Of a DNA stretch of 64,000 nucleotides, positions 54,101 through 64,000 are shown piece by piece. The position numbers and the translations under genes are program-made. The DNA is from Bugula neritina (taxonomy: Eukaryota > Animalia > Bryozoa): assembly GCA_964035545.1 (NCBI GenBank), contig OZ037769.1:3825929-3889928 (forward strand), read 5' to 3'. The first letter of the stretch is position 1; each line of letters starts with the position of its first letter. The notes under the pieces are model-generated. The model saw only the letters and a list, made by a program, of their open reading frames with translations, ran no database searches and was not told where the DNA came from.

Positions 54101-57100
54101 GCACCAAACACTGACCACTTTCCTCAAGGAGCAAGGCTTCACACCTGGTGCTGGAGACCCTTGTCTATACTCAAAAGAGGACTCTTCAGATAAATCAGCC
54201 AACATCATCATTCTTTTCTGGGTTGATGACATCCTTCTCTGCTGCCGAGACGACAACAGAATCACACAAACCAAATCTATGATGCAACAAAAATTCAACA
54301 TGGATGATAGAGGAGAATTAAGCTGGTTCCTGGGGATAGACTTCAGGAGACATGAGGACCAGTACACTATGTCACAGGAGCGCTACATAGACACGCTGCT
54401 GAACACCTACAATATGGCAAATTGCAACCCTGTATATACTCCTGCTGAAAAGGACTTACAACTAGAAAAAGCAACAGACGACGAATATGAGCATTCAAAG
54501 GACTACCCCTACAGACAAGTTATAGGTTCTCTCATATACCTGATGACCACCACACGTCCAGACCTAGCATGGATCATTGGGAAACTCTCCCAACACCTAG
54601 AAAGACCTGGACCTGCACATATTGCTGCCTTGAAACGGCTGCTACGATACCTTAAAGGTACAAAAGGATTTAATCTGAGATTCACTCCCAATCAACAAGA
54701 ACTAGTGGGCTATGTGGATGCAGATTGGGGTGGAGAAACCTCCACACGAAGATCAACAACAGGATATGTATTCACCCTGGGTGGAGCCCCTATAAGTTGG
54801 AACAGCCGACGACAACCCACAGTGGCCTTATCATCATGCGAGGCCGAATACATGGCATTAGCCGAAGCCACAAAGGAGATGCTATTCCTACAGACTTTGT
54901 GCAAAACATTCAAGATGAAACAGCCTAACCCTAACACACTTTTCACTGACAACCTTGGAGCCATTGCCCTCACCAAGGGACAGCCATACTCACATCAGAG
55001 GAGCAAACACATTGACATTAGATTTCACTTTGTCAGAGAGCAAACCACCATAGCGTACCAACACATCAGAGGAGCAGAGAACCCTGCCGATGTCATGACT
55101 AAGAGCTTGCCTAAAACCAATCACAGAATTGCACTGGAGTTACTAGCTATCGAATCACATGCTTGAGGGGGCGTGTTGAGAAACAATCATGCGATCCTAT
55201 CGCTAATCACATTCATGACAATCACGTGACAATATGCTAACTAATTGCCGTACTAGAATTGCTGTATACTTGTTTACCCCTTCTCTTCCGTTCTGTTATA
55301 CAAAAACCATCGTCATGTTTTTTGATTCAAATAAATATTTTATTACCAAATAATTAAATCAGTCAGTCAGTTTGCTCGATAAGTTAAATCAGCAATCAAT
55401 ATCGTATTTCATAATAAATACTATACACGATGGCAACACATTCAACAGAATAACACAATCATTTTGTGGATGCAACACCGCTTTTTGCAATCATTTATAT
55501 GAGTAGAATTTCAATTTTTGCAAAAGTATTAAAAAATAAGTTAATTTCAATGATAATATGGTGTTTGACAGATTTCCATATGTCTTACGCTGCTATACAA
55601 TTCATGTGATAGAATTAAACAGTTGTGCTAGACAAAAGAGCAGTTTAACTCAAAACAAAATTTACCAGCTGTTCTAGACATGAAAACTCATAATAAAACA
55701 CCCGACCAATCACAGCCTGTAAAAATTGTTGATGATGCCTATCTAATATTACATAATGCTGAAAAAAATTAAGTGAAAATTATAAAAACCTTTTTCAGAT
55801 TTTAACTCAATCATATATAAATCGATATATAGACTTGACTGTAATCAATTTACATAAATCTAAAAAGATTAATGCAAAGTAATCACCTAAAATATGCAGA
55901 CATGACAATCTAGAACTAACCTGGAGAATAAGTATTGACCAAGTCATATTGGAATTACTTGAAGATAGAACTTGAGTAATAGATCTAAATGTTGACCCCA
56001 TGTAGGCATAGACCAGCTGGGTGATAAGTTGGGCTATCACACTGGTGCAAATGTAAACTGGTGTTGATATCTTTGACACCTACCAGATGAACATAAATGT
56101 CAAAATAGTGTTTAATAAGCCATCACCATTAGTATAAAACTACCACTATCTAACAAGCTGGTACAGGCCTTTTCATACCAAACAAGTATATACTTATAAT
56201 GGTAGAATTATAGCTGAGAGATGGGAATATTTAGCACATTGCAGACAGAATTTTTTTCAAGTAGGCTAATGACTTAGTCATATGTGGCACAGGAGCAATT
56301 ATGACTGGATGCTCTTTCTAGCATCACTAATAGCCTTTACGGGAGTTTTAACTTAAACACAAAGTCATGGGTTCAAACCCCAGTAAAGGCCATTGGTGAT
56401 GCTAGGAAGTGCATCCAGTCATAATTGCCCCTGTGCCCCATCTGAATAAGTCCTTAGCCGGCTTTTGAAAAACCCTTTCCATCAGGGGTTCTCGCAGGGA
56501 TAGTGACTATAAAAACTTGCGCTAGTTTTATGAGACCGTATGCCAGCATGTAAGGCTTTGAATTAACTTTCTACTCTGTATCTACCATCATAACATGTCC
56601 ATGAAGATGAATATTATGTGTGTCACTATTATACTGGGAGAAGGGAGCAACCGTGATCTAGGGGTTAGAGCGTTTGTCTAGTAAGCATGGAGCCATGGGT
56701 TCGAACCCAGACAAAAACCATTGGTGATGTTAGGAAGAGCACCCAGTCATTGTTGCTCCTGTAGCCACAATAAGCTTCTGCGAGTTTTATTATACTGGGA
56801 GAAAAATTATTGCTTTCTATTTAAAATTAAACTCCCATTAGTAGCTTATTGTGTGTATTCAAAGTAAAGAATGCCAATCATTATCATTGTTAATAAAGAA
56901 CTAAATATAGACAGAGGTGCTATAGTTGACAAGAGGTTAGTGAAAAAAATACTCTGAACAGGCCAAAGTCTAACTGTGAGGTCTGAGATTAAGATGCATT
57001 CTTCAACAAGCTGATAAGGAAATGGCACTGTTAACATCAACCTACCGCAAACACGGCGTTCTGAACGCCATACGGAATGGGAGAGAGGCGTGCAAGAAAG

Positions 57101-58219
57101 AGGATTTTCCAACCATTTGGCCCAGCCACCAGACTCATCAGTAATTTTGTTTGTGTGTTGGAGGTATACTTCTTTTCCGCTTGTTTCTACAACCATTTGA
57201 GCACGTGAACAGCAACCAGATATAAAAAGAAGCGGTGCATAGCAACTCGAATACGAGCAAAAGCAATATTTTGATAAGATAGAGAGTGGATCACTGGGAC
57301 TACTCAATGTACACATAGATAAGTCAGATAATTATTGCCCTTGACCAAAACAAACATATCAATGAACAATTAAATTTGTTTTTTATCAGCATTTACTGAA
57401 AAAAATCTCTAGCAACCAGATCTGCGTACATTTTGAATGATATGCAAGCAGAAACTTTGACATATCTGTAACAATATCCTTCACATATAGCAGACACGTG
57501 ATTAAGGCAAAAAATTTGATTTAAGCAAATCTTCAAACTAAAAACTGATATAACAAAATGCTGTTACCATTGATTTCAACTCTACCGAATCTAACAATAG
57601 CTCTCTGTAATCCGAAATAAAATATAACATAATTTTCAACGTGGGGACCATAAATAATGGTAAACAAATTAAAACAATTTTTTGACATCACCGAAATATA
57701 ATTTGAATTTAAACTCACCTTAAAACATTTCCGAATAACAAGGTGAGATAACATCATTCCTGAAGTGGAGCACACACATGTGACTAAAGTGCCCAAGAGG
57801 AATCCATAAGAATACCCACAAGCTATGTTCAGCAGTACATACCCCCACATAATGGGGAAAGACACTACTACATATGAAAATTCAAATATCAACGCACTTT
57901 GCCAAAAGTCTAAAGTGTCCATATATAATAGCAAACTCATAATATAACGTCTTCCTAACACTACTGATGTCATTACTAGAACCACTAATATAATAGAAGG
58001 AAGTGATGCTCGGAGCCAGTTTCTTTTAGTTTCTATTAGTAGTTTGTCTCTTTGAATCGGGTGTCGACTAATGGGTATGTAGTTGTTGTTATAATTTGCC
58101 ATTTTAATATCAGCAGCTGACGACTTGAATGCGTCGCTATTGCCATCATCTTTATGCAAAGCCTTAGTCTCCGTAACCATAGTCTTCTTTCTGTTGTATT
58201 CAAGAAGGGTGGTGAACAT
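51178..58219 (-). CDS. TMEM64: TMEM64-like VTT/SNARE-associated (DedA family) membrane protein, ~344 aa, coding exons 58219-57719, 57186-57046, 56079-55921, 51411-51178
   Basis: VVSFPIMWGYVLLNIACGYSYGFLLG and GWKILFLARLSPIPYGVQNAVFA|VSKI...YAYMGSTFRSITQVL match TMEM64. All introns are phase 0 GT-AG (1035 nt). An acceptor just upstream of the ATG implies a non-coding first exon near 58872 and above. Confidence 0.92.
51461..51734 (+). repeat. 5' LTR (274 bp)
   Basis: TG...CA termini with TGTTGA/TCAACA inverted ends; identical by eye to 55174-55447. Confidence 0.97.
51735..51748 (+). promoter_or_regulatory. Primer-binding site of the half-tRNA-iMet type (GGTTATGGGCCCAG)
   Basis: Immediately follows the 5' LTR; matches the PBS known from Drosophila copia, which pairs with an internal region of initiator tRNA rather than its CCA end. 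Confidence 0.85.
51805..52380. repeat. Degenerate satellite (CACTCACACTGTACACAGTACTATTACTACT-like) inside the copia element
   Basis: Direct observation; rich in short palindromes such as CTGTACAG and TCACTATCATAGTGA. Confidence 0.88.
52390..53315. repeat. 24-bp (2x12) minisatellite CACACACCGGCACA[C/A]AGACCGGAA inside the copia element
   Basis: Direct observation; nearly T-free on the + strand, hence open in many frames. Confidence 0.95.
53316..53555 (+). repeat. ~96-bp tandem repeat (about 2.4 copies) in the integrase-RT linker region
   Basis: AACAGCAGAAATGGTAC.CAGAATACCAT recurs near 53320, 53416 and 53512. Confidence 0.9.
53590..55166 (+). pseudogene. Copia pol remnant: damaged RT N-terminus followed by an open RT-RNase H ORF (53904-55166)
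   Basis: Linker motif RKSEQKRKCPTYLQDY; IPQSYQEAVNSKDREA* (stop where W is expected); KTRYVAKGY*QIQ*VDY; then intact HQLDVKGAYLN, LNKSIYGLKQSGRNW, FWVDD, GYVDADWG, RRSTTGYVF, SSCEAEYMA, KHIDIRFHFVRE, ENPADVMTK. Confidence 0.93.
55174..55447 (+). repeat. 3' LTR (274 bp)
   Basis: Identical by eye to the 5' LTR; preceded by a purine tract and followed by TSD GAATA. Confidence 0.97.
56264..56352 (-). mobile_element. SINE family A partial copy, inverted relative to the adjacent copy
   Basis: GTGGCACAGGAGCAATTATGACTGGATGCTCTTTCTAGCATCAC is the reverse complement of the family core. Confidence 0.8.
56358..56530 (+). mobile_element. SINE family A copy, 5'-truncated
   Basis: GGGTTCAAACCCCAGTAAAGGCCATTGGTGATGCTAGGAAGTGCATCCAGTCATAATTG...CAGGGATAGTGACTATAAAAACTTG. 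Confidence 0.85.
56643..56787 (+). mobile_element. SINE family A copy with intact tRNA-like head, internal deletion and a 16-bp TSD
   Basis: Flanked by the direct repeat TATTATACTGGGAGAA at 56627-56642 and 56788-56803; A-box and B-box (GGGTTCGAACCC) present. Confidence 0.88.
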
Positions 58220-58869
58220 CTTAATAAAGCCTTGAAAAAAATTAAAAAAAAATTAGATTACTGTAACCTCAACTTTATCAATTGCACCTATACCTAGTTC
58301 TTAACTGAGTCTCAATTTTAAATTATTATTAGTATTACTATTAGTAAAAATATAGGGAATATTGCAAGATTGCATAAAACTAATGGTAATCAACTAGTGA
58401 TGGTGACATACAATTCAGTCATAAAAACTGAATGTAAACCTGAAGTTACTGCTAGAAAGCTTTTATTGAGCATTTATTCACTTTCAGTTTCTACTAATTT
58501 CATTTAGGCATGGTATTTAAATGCTTAACAGTTAGATTTAAGCTAAAATGTGGTTAGGATATCAATACCAATGTATTTAATAGTTTTCAATACTCTAGGT
58601 TGCTAACCAAAAATTAGTACATATTAATGAGACTACGAGTATTACAGACTGAAGTTAAATTCTACAATTTATATTTATATTTTATTTATATTATAATAAT
58701 TCTTATACTTATAGTTAATAAGTTATATATAAGACTAAGTATAACTGAAACTGAAAGCCTGATTTTTATATTTATTTAATAGTTAATGCTAGTACATAAA
58801 TAAGCAACGTTACAAATATTATTTTTAAAATTAGTACTATAAAATAAGCACTACTATAATGATAATCTA

Positions 58870-59135
58870 ACCTTTTCAGTACACGAATCTAGAAGTGGTC
58901 ATGTTGATGTTGTCATGCAAACGGCGTATCAACAGAATTTATTATTATGCTAAAAAAAGAAATAGGTTTATAGTGTAGGCCTACGCTAATAGTTGCATTC
59001 GAATAAATGCTAAATCTAAACCTGGAACAAGACAGGAAACCGATGTTGTTGGAAATTTACATGGGACGGGTAAATAAAGATCAATGTTGTTACTCGCGTA
59101 TTGCCGTAGCCTTGGCAGTCGGTCTAAATATCCTG
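58870..59135. promoter_or_regulatory. Putative bidirectional promoter / first-exon region between TMEM64 (-) and the next gene (+)
   Basis: Locally CpG-containing patch; minus-strand donor-like AAG|GTTAGA near 58871; both flanking genes have an acceptor just before their ATG. Inference only. Confidence 0.4.
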
Positions 59136-60409
59136 TTACTAATAATATAAGTTATGAGAATAGCAATATTATTGTAAGAATACCAAAACTGTGAATACAA
59201 GAAGAAATCAAATATATTTTAATATCTAAAAAAATGTAGCATAACTTACATTGAGTTTAACTGATTGTAGTTGATATTTTGTAAATTTTAAACTGCTATA
59301 GCTAATCACTTAAACTTAAAGTTAAGGTTCATCACTGTGAGTGTGTCTGTTGTTTTACTTTTAGCTTTAGTCTTAGACTTAGTTTTACTGATTACACTAG
59401 TGACTACTACCACTACTACTAGTACTATTACTACTACAACTTCAACTTGAACTCGTACTAGAAGTATTATAAAATTAAAATCAACACTAACACTTTGAGT
59501 TTGACTTAGAGTTACTGTTAGTTGCACTTACTGTTAGTGTTACTTACATTTTCATTTTGAGTTACAGTTAGACTTAGAGTTAATAAGTTACATTTTGATT
59601 TAGTGACTTACCCATAGTCTTACATTGAGTTACAGTTAGTGTTTCCGAGTCTACGTATTACAAATAGTATTACAGATACTCTATTACTATTAGTCATTAC
59701 TGATTAAATCAGTAGAATTTTTTTTTATTTCTTCATCTTGAAGTCAAAAGTGATAGCTATAAGTATAACATCAACTATAATTATTAGTAATAGTAATCAT
59801 ATTAGTATAAGTATTAGTATGACATTAACATTACCTATAACATGTAAGTAATAACTACTACTAATACTAGTAGATACTAAGGTACTACCAGTAATAGTAG
59901 CACTACTAAGTCTACTGAAGTACTACTAGTATTAGTAATAGCACTACTAGTGTAGTAGACTAGTAGTCGAAACTGTGTTAACCTTGATACTTGAACTTGA
60001 AGTATCACAATAACAATTGGTATTACTATTACTTTCAGTATTACTATTAATAGTATTCACTATGAGTAACTAAGATTATCACTATCGTTTATTATTGTTA
60101 GTATTATCACTATTACTTTAAGACCTGGTATTAGTATAACATTAAGTTTAATGTTAAGTTGGTAAAAAGGATACTTTCTCATAAAATATTATACTCATAG
60201 TTATAGTAATAGTTGCTAGTTCATTACAAGACTATGACTGTAAAGTATAACTATAAATATAAGTGTAGCGATAGCAGTATTATATTGCCTTGAGTATTGG
60301 TATAACCATTAGTATTACTATTACTAGAATGTGTATTATGATGGATAATATCAAGTGTTGCTGTAACTATTTGTGTCTTAGTAAAGTATTACTATTTCTA
60401 TGCTATTAG

Positions 60410-60520
60410 CTACTACTACTACTGCTACTACTACTACTACTGCTACTACTGCTACTACTGCTACTACTACTACTACTGCTACTACTGCTACTATTGCTAC
60501 TACTACTACTACTGCTACTA
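60410..60520. repeat. (TAC/TGC)n trinucleotide microsatellite
   Basis: Direct observation. Confidence 0.92.
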
Positions 60521-61609
60521 TTTCATCAACCATTGAGTGAAAATCTAGTAATAGGACTTACCAGATGTATGCCAATCATTTTGAAAAATTGAGCTGCTAA
60601 TGAGAAGGAATAACTTAATAATGCAATAAAAGATTCGAAGTTGTTGTGTTTGCCGCGGTTTTTGCTAGAGCATGGCTACCCACACATGATTGTCTGTTTG
60701 ATGCTGGAAATTGGATCTTTCATAATGATGTTTCAATAAACTTGCTAATGGTTTATTCTTTACTTAAAGTTATCCAGAAGGATTGCTTTAGTTGTTTCTG
60801 AATATTTATTTTACGTTTTTATTTACTAAAACCTATACAGTCATATTGGTGCTATAAAAATTGATAATTGATGATAAAAAGATAATTTAACTAGTAATAA
60901 TATTGTCATTGTTATATTACCTATGATATGATGTTCAGTTATAGCTAACTTGATATTCATAACATTAATAATGGTCTTCAGTACAGTATCTAACTTCACA
61001 ATATAAGGTTTTGCTTTTTTATTGCGATTGTTACCTAACACAAATTTAGTATGGTGAATACCGAATCAGCTTAACTACCAAGCATATTATTACAAATTCG
61101 CTTATAGTTAGATTCTTATCACATAATCAGTAGCATCCCATCCTAATGAAAAGCCTTTTAAGATATGTAGAGTTTTAATTTGTTAACCACCAAATTATTA
61201 ACTATTTGATAATTTAATATATATTCAAGTTTTTATTTAAAATTGAAAAAAAGGTTGTCACAAAGAAAACTGTTCCCAAGTAACAGAAATGTTTTAGTAT
61301 ATCTACTTTAGTTTTGTGACATTTGATTACTGGGTGCCTGTGATTCTACTTTCATTTGAAAAAATCCCTCTTAGCTAAAGCCAAGTTATTTAAACAGTGT
61401 AATGATTGTGTATTGAATTTTACTCTGTCAATAATGATGGGCTGGTGATCACTAGATCAATCTTTGATCCAGTTGAAATAAGTTTGAGAATTCTTACAAA
61501 TTGAAATCTAAAATGAAAAAAAGCATACATCAAGTGAAATATAGTATAGACTTTTGTTTCCAATAAATTCATAATAATATATTTGCTCTTTTTTATTTGT
61601 AGTTAGAAC

Positions 61610-63346
61610 ATGAGCTTCCAGAGGTCAGGAACTTTATCCCATGCTATAGTGCTTGGTATGTTCACTTGTTTAATTCTTACTCAAGTGCTTTTAGGGGTGA
61701 CTGAAGTTTATACAGTCATAATAACATTGTATGAAGGGTATAGTAGTATGTGATATAATCCGTTTGACATGAGAACTAGATAAAGGTTACTAGTCGGTGC
61801 ACAAATGATAAAAGGTAACTTTATATTAAAGATGTCTTATATAGTGAAAATTGTTTTAATTAGATGATGAATTAAAGCTCTGCAAGTTTTTTATGTTATT
61901 TTTACTACACCTTGTAAATACTTCGAATGAGCTTTTACTTTAAATAATTCTACAGAGTTCTGACTTTTTTTCTAATTTTGTTCATGCCTACTTATATTAT
62001 AGCCAGTATTTACACTGAATCTCACAACGTGTTTTCATGTCTATAATATGTAATAAATCAATACATTTTGTAATCTTATTACCAAATTTTCACTCTCAGT
62101 GTTTAGTAATTCAGTTCTGTATTCATTTCAGTTGGTCAACTCCTAGTGGTTCTCAGTATGATAGAATTCTCTTGGTGCTCAAACTGCAGGATTTCTCTAG
62201 GTTCTGGTGGTAAGTCTTGTTGTAACACTAAGCCTAGGGCCACACTGTGCATATTTTCGCATGCGAAAATTGAAACCACAAGTAGCAAAGGTGTCCACTG
62301 TAGCGTCAGTGATGCGTGATAAATAAAGCTTTCATTTTTAAATCGCACTCGCTTTCAATAAAACGCAATTTACTGGAATGTAGCACTAAAATAAAGAAAT
62401 TGGGCTCGCTGAATAACTACCAGCCAATTAGGTGACGACGACAGAGACGATTCGCACTTGCGTTGAGAATGCTGAGCGACAAGTGCGAATGTTTTCTCAA
62501 CGCGTACAGTGGACACCTTTGCTACTTGTGATTTCAATTTTCGCATGCGAAAATACGCACAGTGTGGCCCTAGGCTTACTGAATGGTGATGATAAACTTG
62601 TTAGCAGTTCCATTTGTCAATCTTATTAATAAACATTAAATATAATTCTATCACAGCAAGTTAAACCCTAAGCATTAGTTCATGACTTGTTACTTGTGTT
62701 CTGATGTTATCTGGACCAATAAAGCTATATTTATGAAAATATTACGCAAGTTTATAGTTACTATTCCTGTGAGAACCCTTGTTGGAAAGGGTTTTATTAA
62801 GCTGGCTAAAGATGTATTCATATGTGGCACAGGAGCAATTATGACTGGATGCTCTTCTTAGCATCACCAATGGCCTTTACTGGGGTTTGAACCCATGACC
62901 TTGTGCTTACTAACCCAGCGCTCTAACCACTACACTATGACTGCTCCATATTTATTCCGAATATAACATTTCCTAAATTGTTTCAAATTACACCTTTTTT
63001 ATCGAATGATTTATTTTTTGTTCACCTGTTATGGGTCAAAGTTTCACTTGTTGCGTGACATCTGTAGCGTGACATCTGCAGCGTGTCATGCTTCTGTCAG
63101 CGTGCTGAGTCAGCAGTTAAACTGAGAGACCTCTATTGCAGACTCGGGAATACAAACAGCATATACTACCATCACGCTGAAGAGGTCAAGTTTGAATCAT
63201 TTGCAGACTATTATCACTCCAGAATGTCTCCAGACAAACTCCTCGTCTCTCTTCAGTCTCTTCAGCATCTCGCGTCGTGTAAATTTGACTTTTACTATAA
63301 AGTATGACAGCCACATAGACTGTGCTAATTCCTACCTTTTCATCAG
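61610..63346 (+). CDS. 5' part of an unidentified secreted or type-I membrane protein; exons 61610-61655, 62132-62209, 63142-63346; continues beyond the window
   Basis: Strong GT-AG sites with phases 1, 1, 2 give MSFQRSGTLSHAIVL|VGQLLVVLSMIEFSWCSNCRISLGSG|DSGIQTAYTTITLKRSSLNHLQTIITPECLQTNSSSLFSLFSISRRVNLTFTIKYDSHIDCANSYLFI..., with a signal-peptide-like start and sequons NSS and NLT. No family recognised. Confidence 0.6.
62231..62576. mobile_element. MITE, 346 bp, with ~70-bp terminal inverted repeats and TA flanks
   Basis: Left AGCCTAGGGCCACACTGTGCATATTTTCGCATGCGAAAATTGAAACCACAAGTAGCAAAGGTGTCCACTGTA matches the reverse complement of the right end with about 2 mismatches; TA on both sides. 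Superfamily (Harbinger vs Tc1/mariner) uncertain. Confidence 0.92.
62741..62947 (-). mobile_element. Full-length SINE family A copy
   Basis: Reverse complement begins GGAGCAGTCATAGTGTAGTGGTTAGAGCGCTG...GGGTTCAAACCCC (tRNA-like head); possible TSD ATATTTAT. Confidence 0.87.
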
Positions 63347-64000
63347 GTGAGTCATGTAAATATGTAGGTGGATGTGTACAGGTATTTGTAAGGTGATTTC
63401 TCTAATTTTATGGACACGTTTTTGCTGAAATGATGAACCAAGTTTACAAAATGTTTACCTTTTTTATTTTAAATTATATCAAATAGAATAATATATGTAA
63501 TGTTAAGGTAAACACATCTTGTACCCATGGCAACAAAATGCAGATTAGTTTGAGTAGTAGATTGTTATTAATATGTTTTTAATGGTTTAATGTGGCTGAA
63601 TTTGTCATGTAAAGCTCCCTGGTGTTCTAGTTTACTCTGATTTACTAACTTTGAGTAATTGAGTGTAATTACAGAATGTCTTCACAAGTTCTTGCACTTT
63701 AAATTTTTATGATCATTAAAATTCAACCAGCTTTTTAGTAGAATATTGTATAAACTTTTGTTTATTCTTAATACTTGGTTAAAAATGTTTTTTAAAAGTT
63801 GCACTGTCATCATTCTTGTCATAATACACCTACTATCATTTGTATACATTTTCTTCTAAACTAAATTTGCTAATCAATGTTTTATCAAACGAATCATTTC
63901 ATTGGACTAATTTTATCCTATTGGGAACTACTAAACTATCATTTTACAATCAAAAACGTGCAATACTTTTACTTACAAGTTTAAACAAATGTAATCAGGT

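Larger units (their letters stand above)
51461..55447 (+). mobile_element. Ty1/copia LTR retrotransposon, non-autonomous, 3987 bp, antisense in the last TMEM64 intron
   Basis: Two 274-bp TGTTGA...TCAACA LTRs, 5-bp TSD GAATA (51456-51460 and 55448-55452), PBS GGTTATGGGCCCAG, PPT GAGGGGGCG, copia-type RT-RNase H. Confidence 0.97.

Noticed and set aside
56846-57316. 156-aa minus-strand ORF
   Set aside because: Overlaps TMEM64 exon 57186-57046 in a different frame; the conserved LARLSPIPYGVQN motif is in the other frame.

Overview
AT-rich, intron-rich genomic DNA from an invertebrate animal (inferred from GT-AG introns, one U12 AT-AC intron, and the SoxE, KIF28 and TMEM64 gene content; the species cannot be named from sequence alone). 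Six protein-coding genes were spliced by hand: a small secreted single-WSC-domain protein (-, missed by the ORF track), ZIP11/SLC39A11 zinc transporter (+, 9 exons), SoxE (+, 4 exons) after an ~18 kb gene-free interval, a KIF28-like kinesin-3 (+, 20 exons, first intron AT-AC, probable C-terminal CaaX), TMEM64 (-, 4 coding exons), and the 5' end of an unknown signal-peptide gene (+, truncated by the window edge). Mobile DNA: a very young but defective Ty1/copia element whose gag-PR-INT region is replaced by satellites, a tRNA-derived SINE family (7 copies or fragments), a TA-flanked MITE and a hAT-like family. Most long ORFs in the track are tandem-repeat artefacts. The most unusual structure is around ZIP11 exon 5. 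Its 5' splice site is tandemly amplified 53 times (18-nt unit, most units carrying an in-frame stop), and the intron upstream holds an AG-free 15-nt array that is nearly the reverse complement of that unit. A TACTAAC branch-point array in the last ZIP11 intron and similar exon-boundary duplications in other genes suggest a wider pattern of splice-signal minisatellites.
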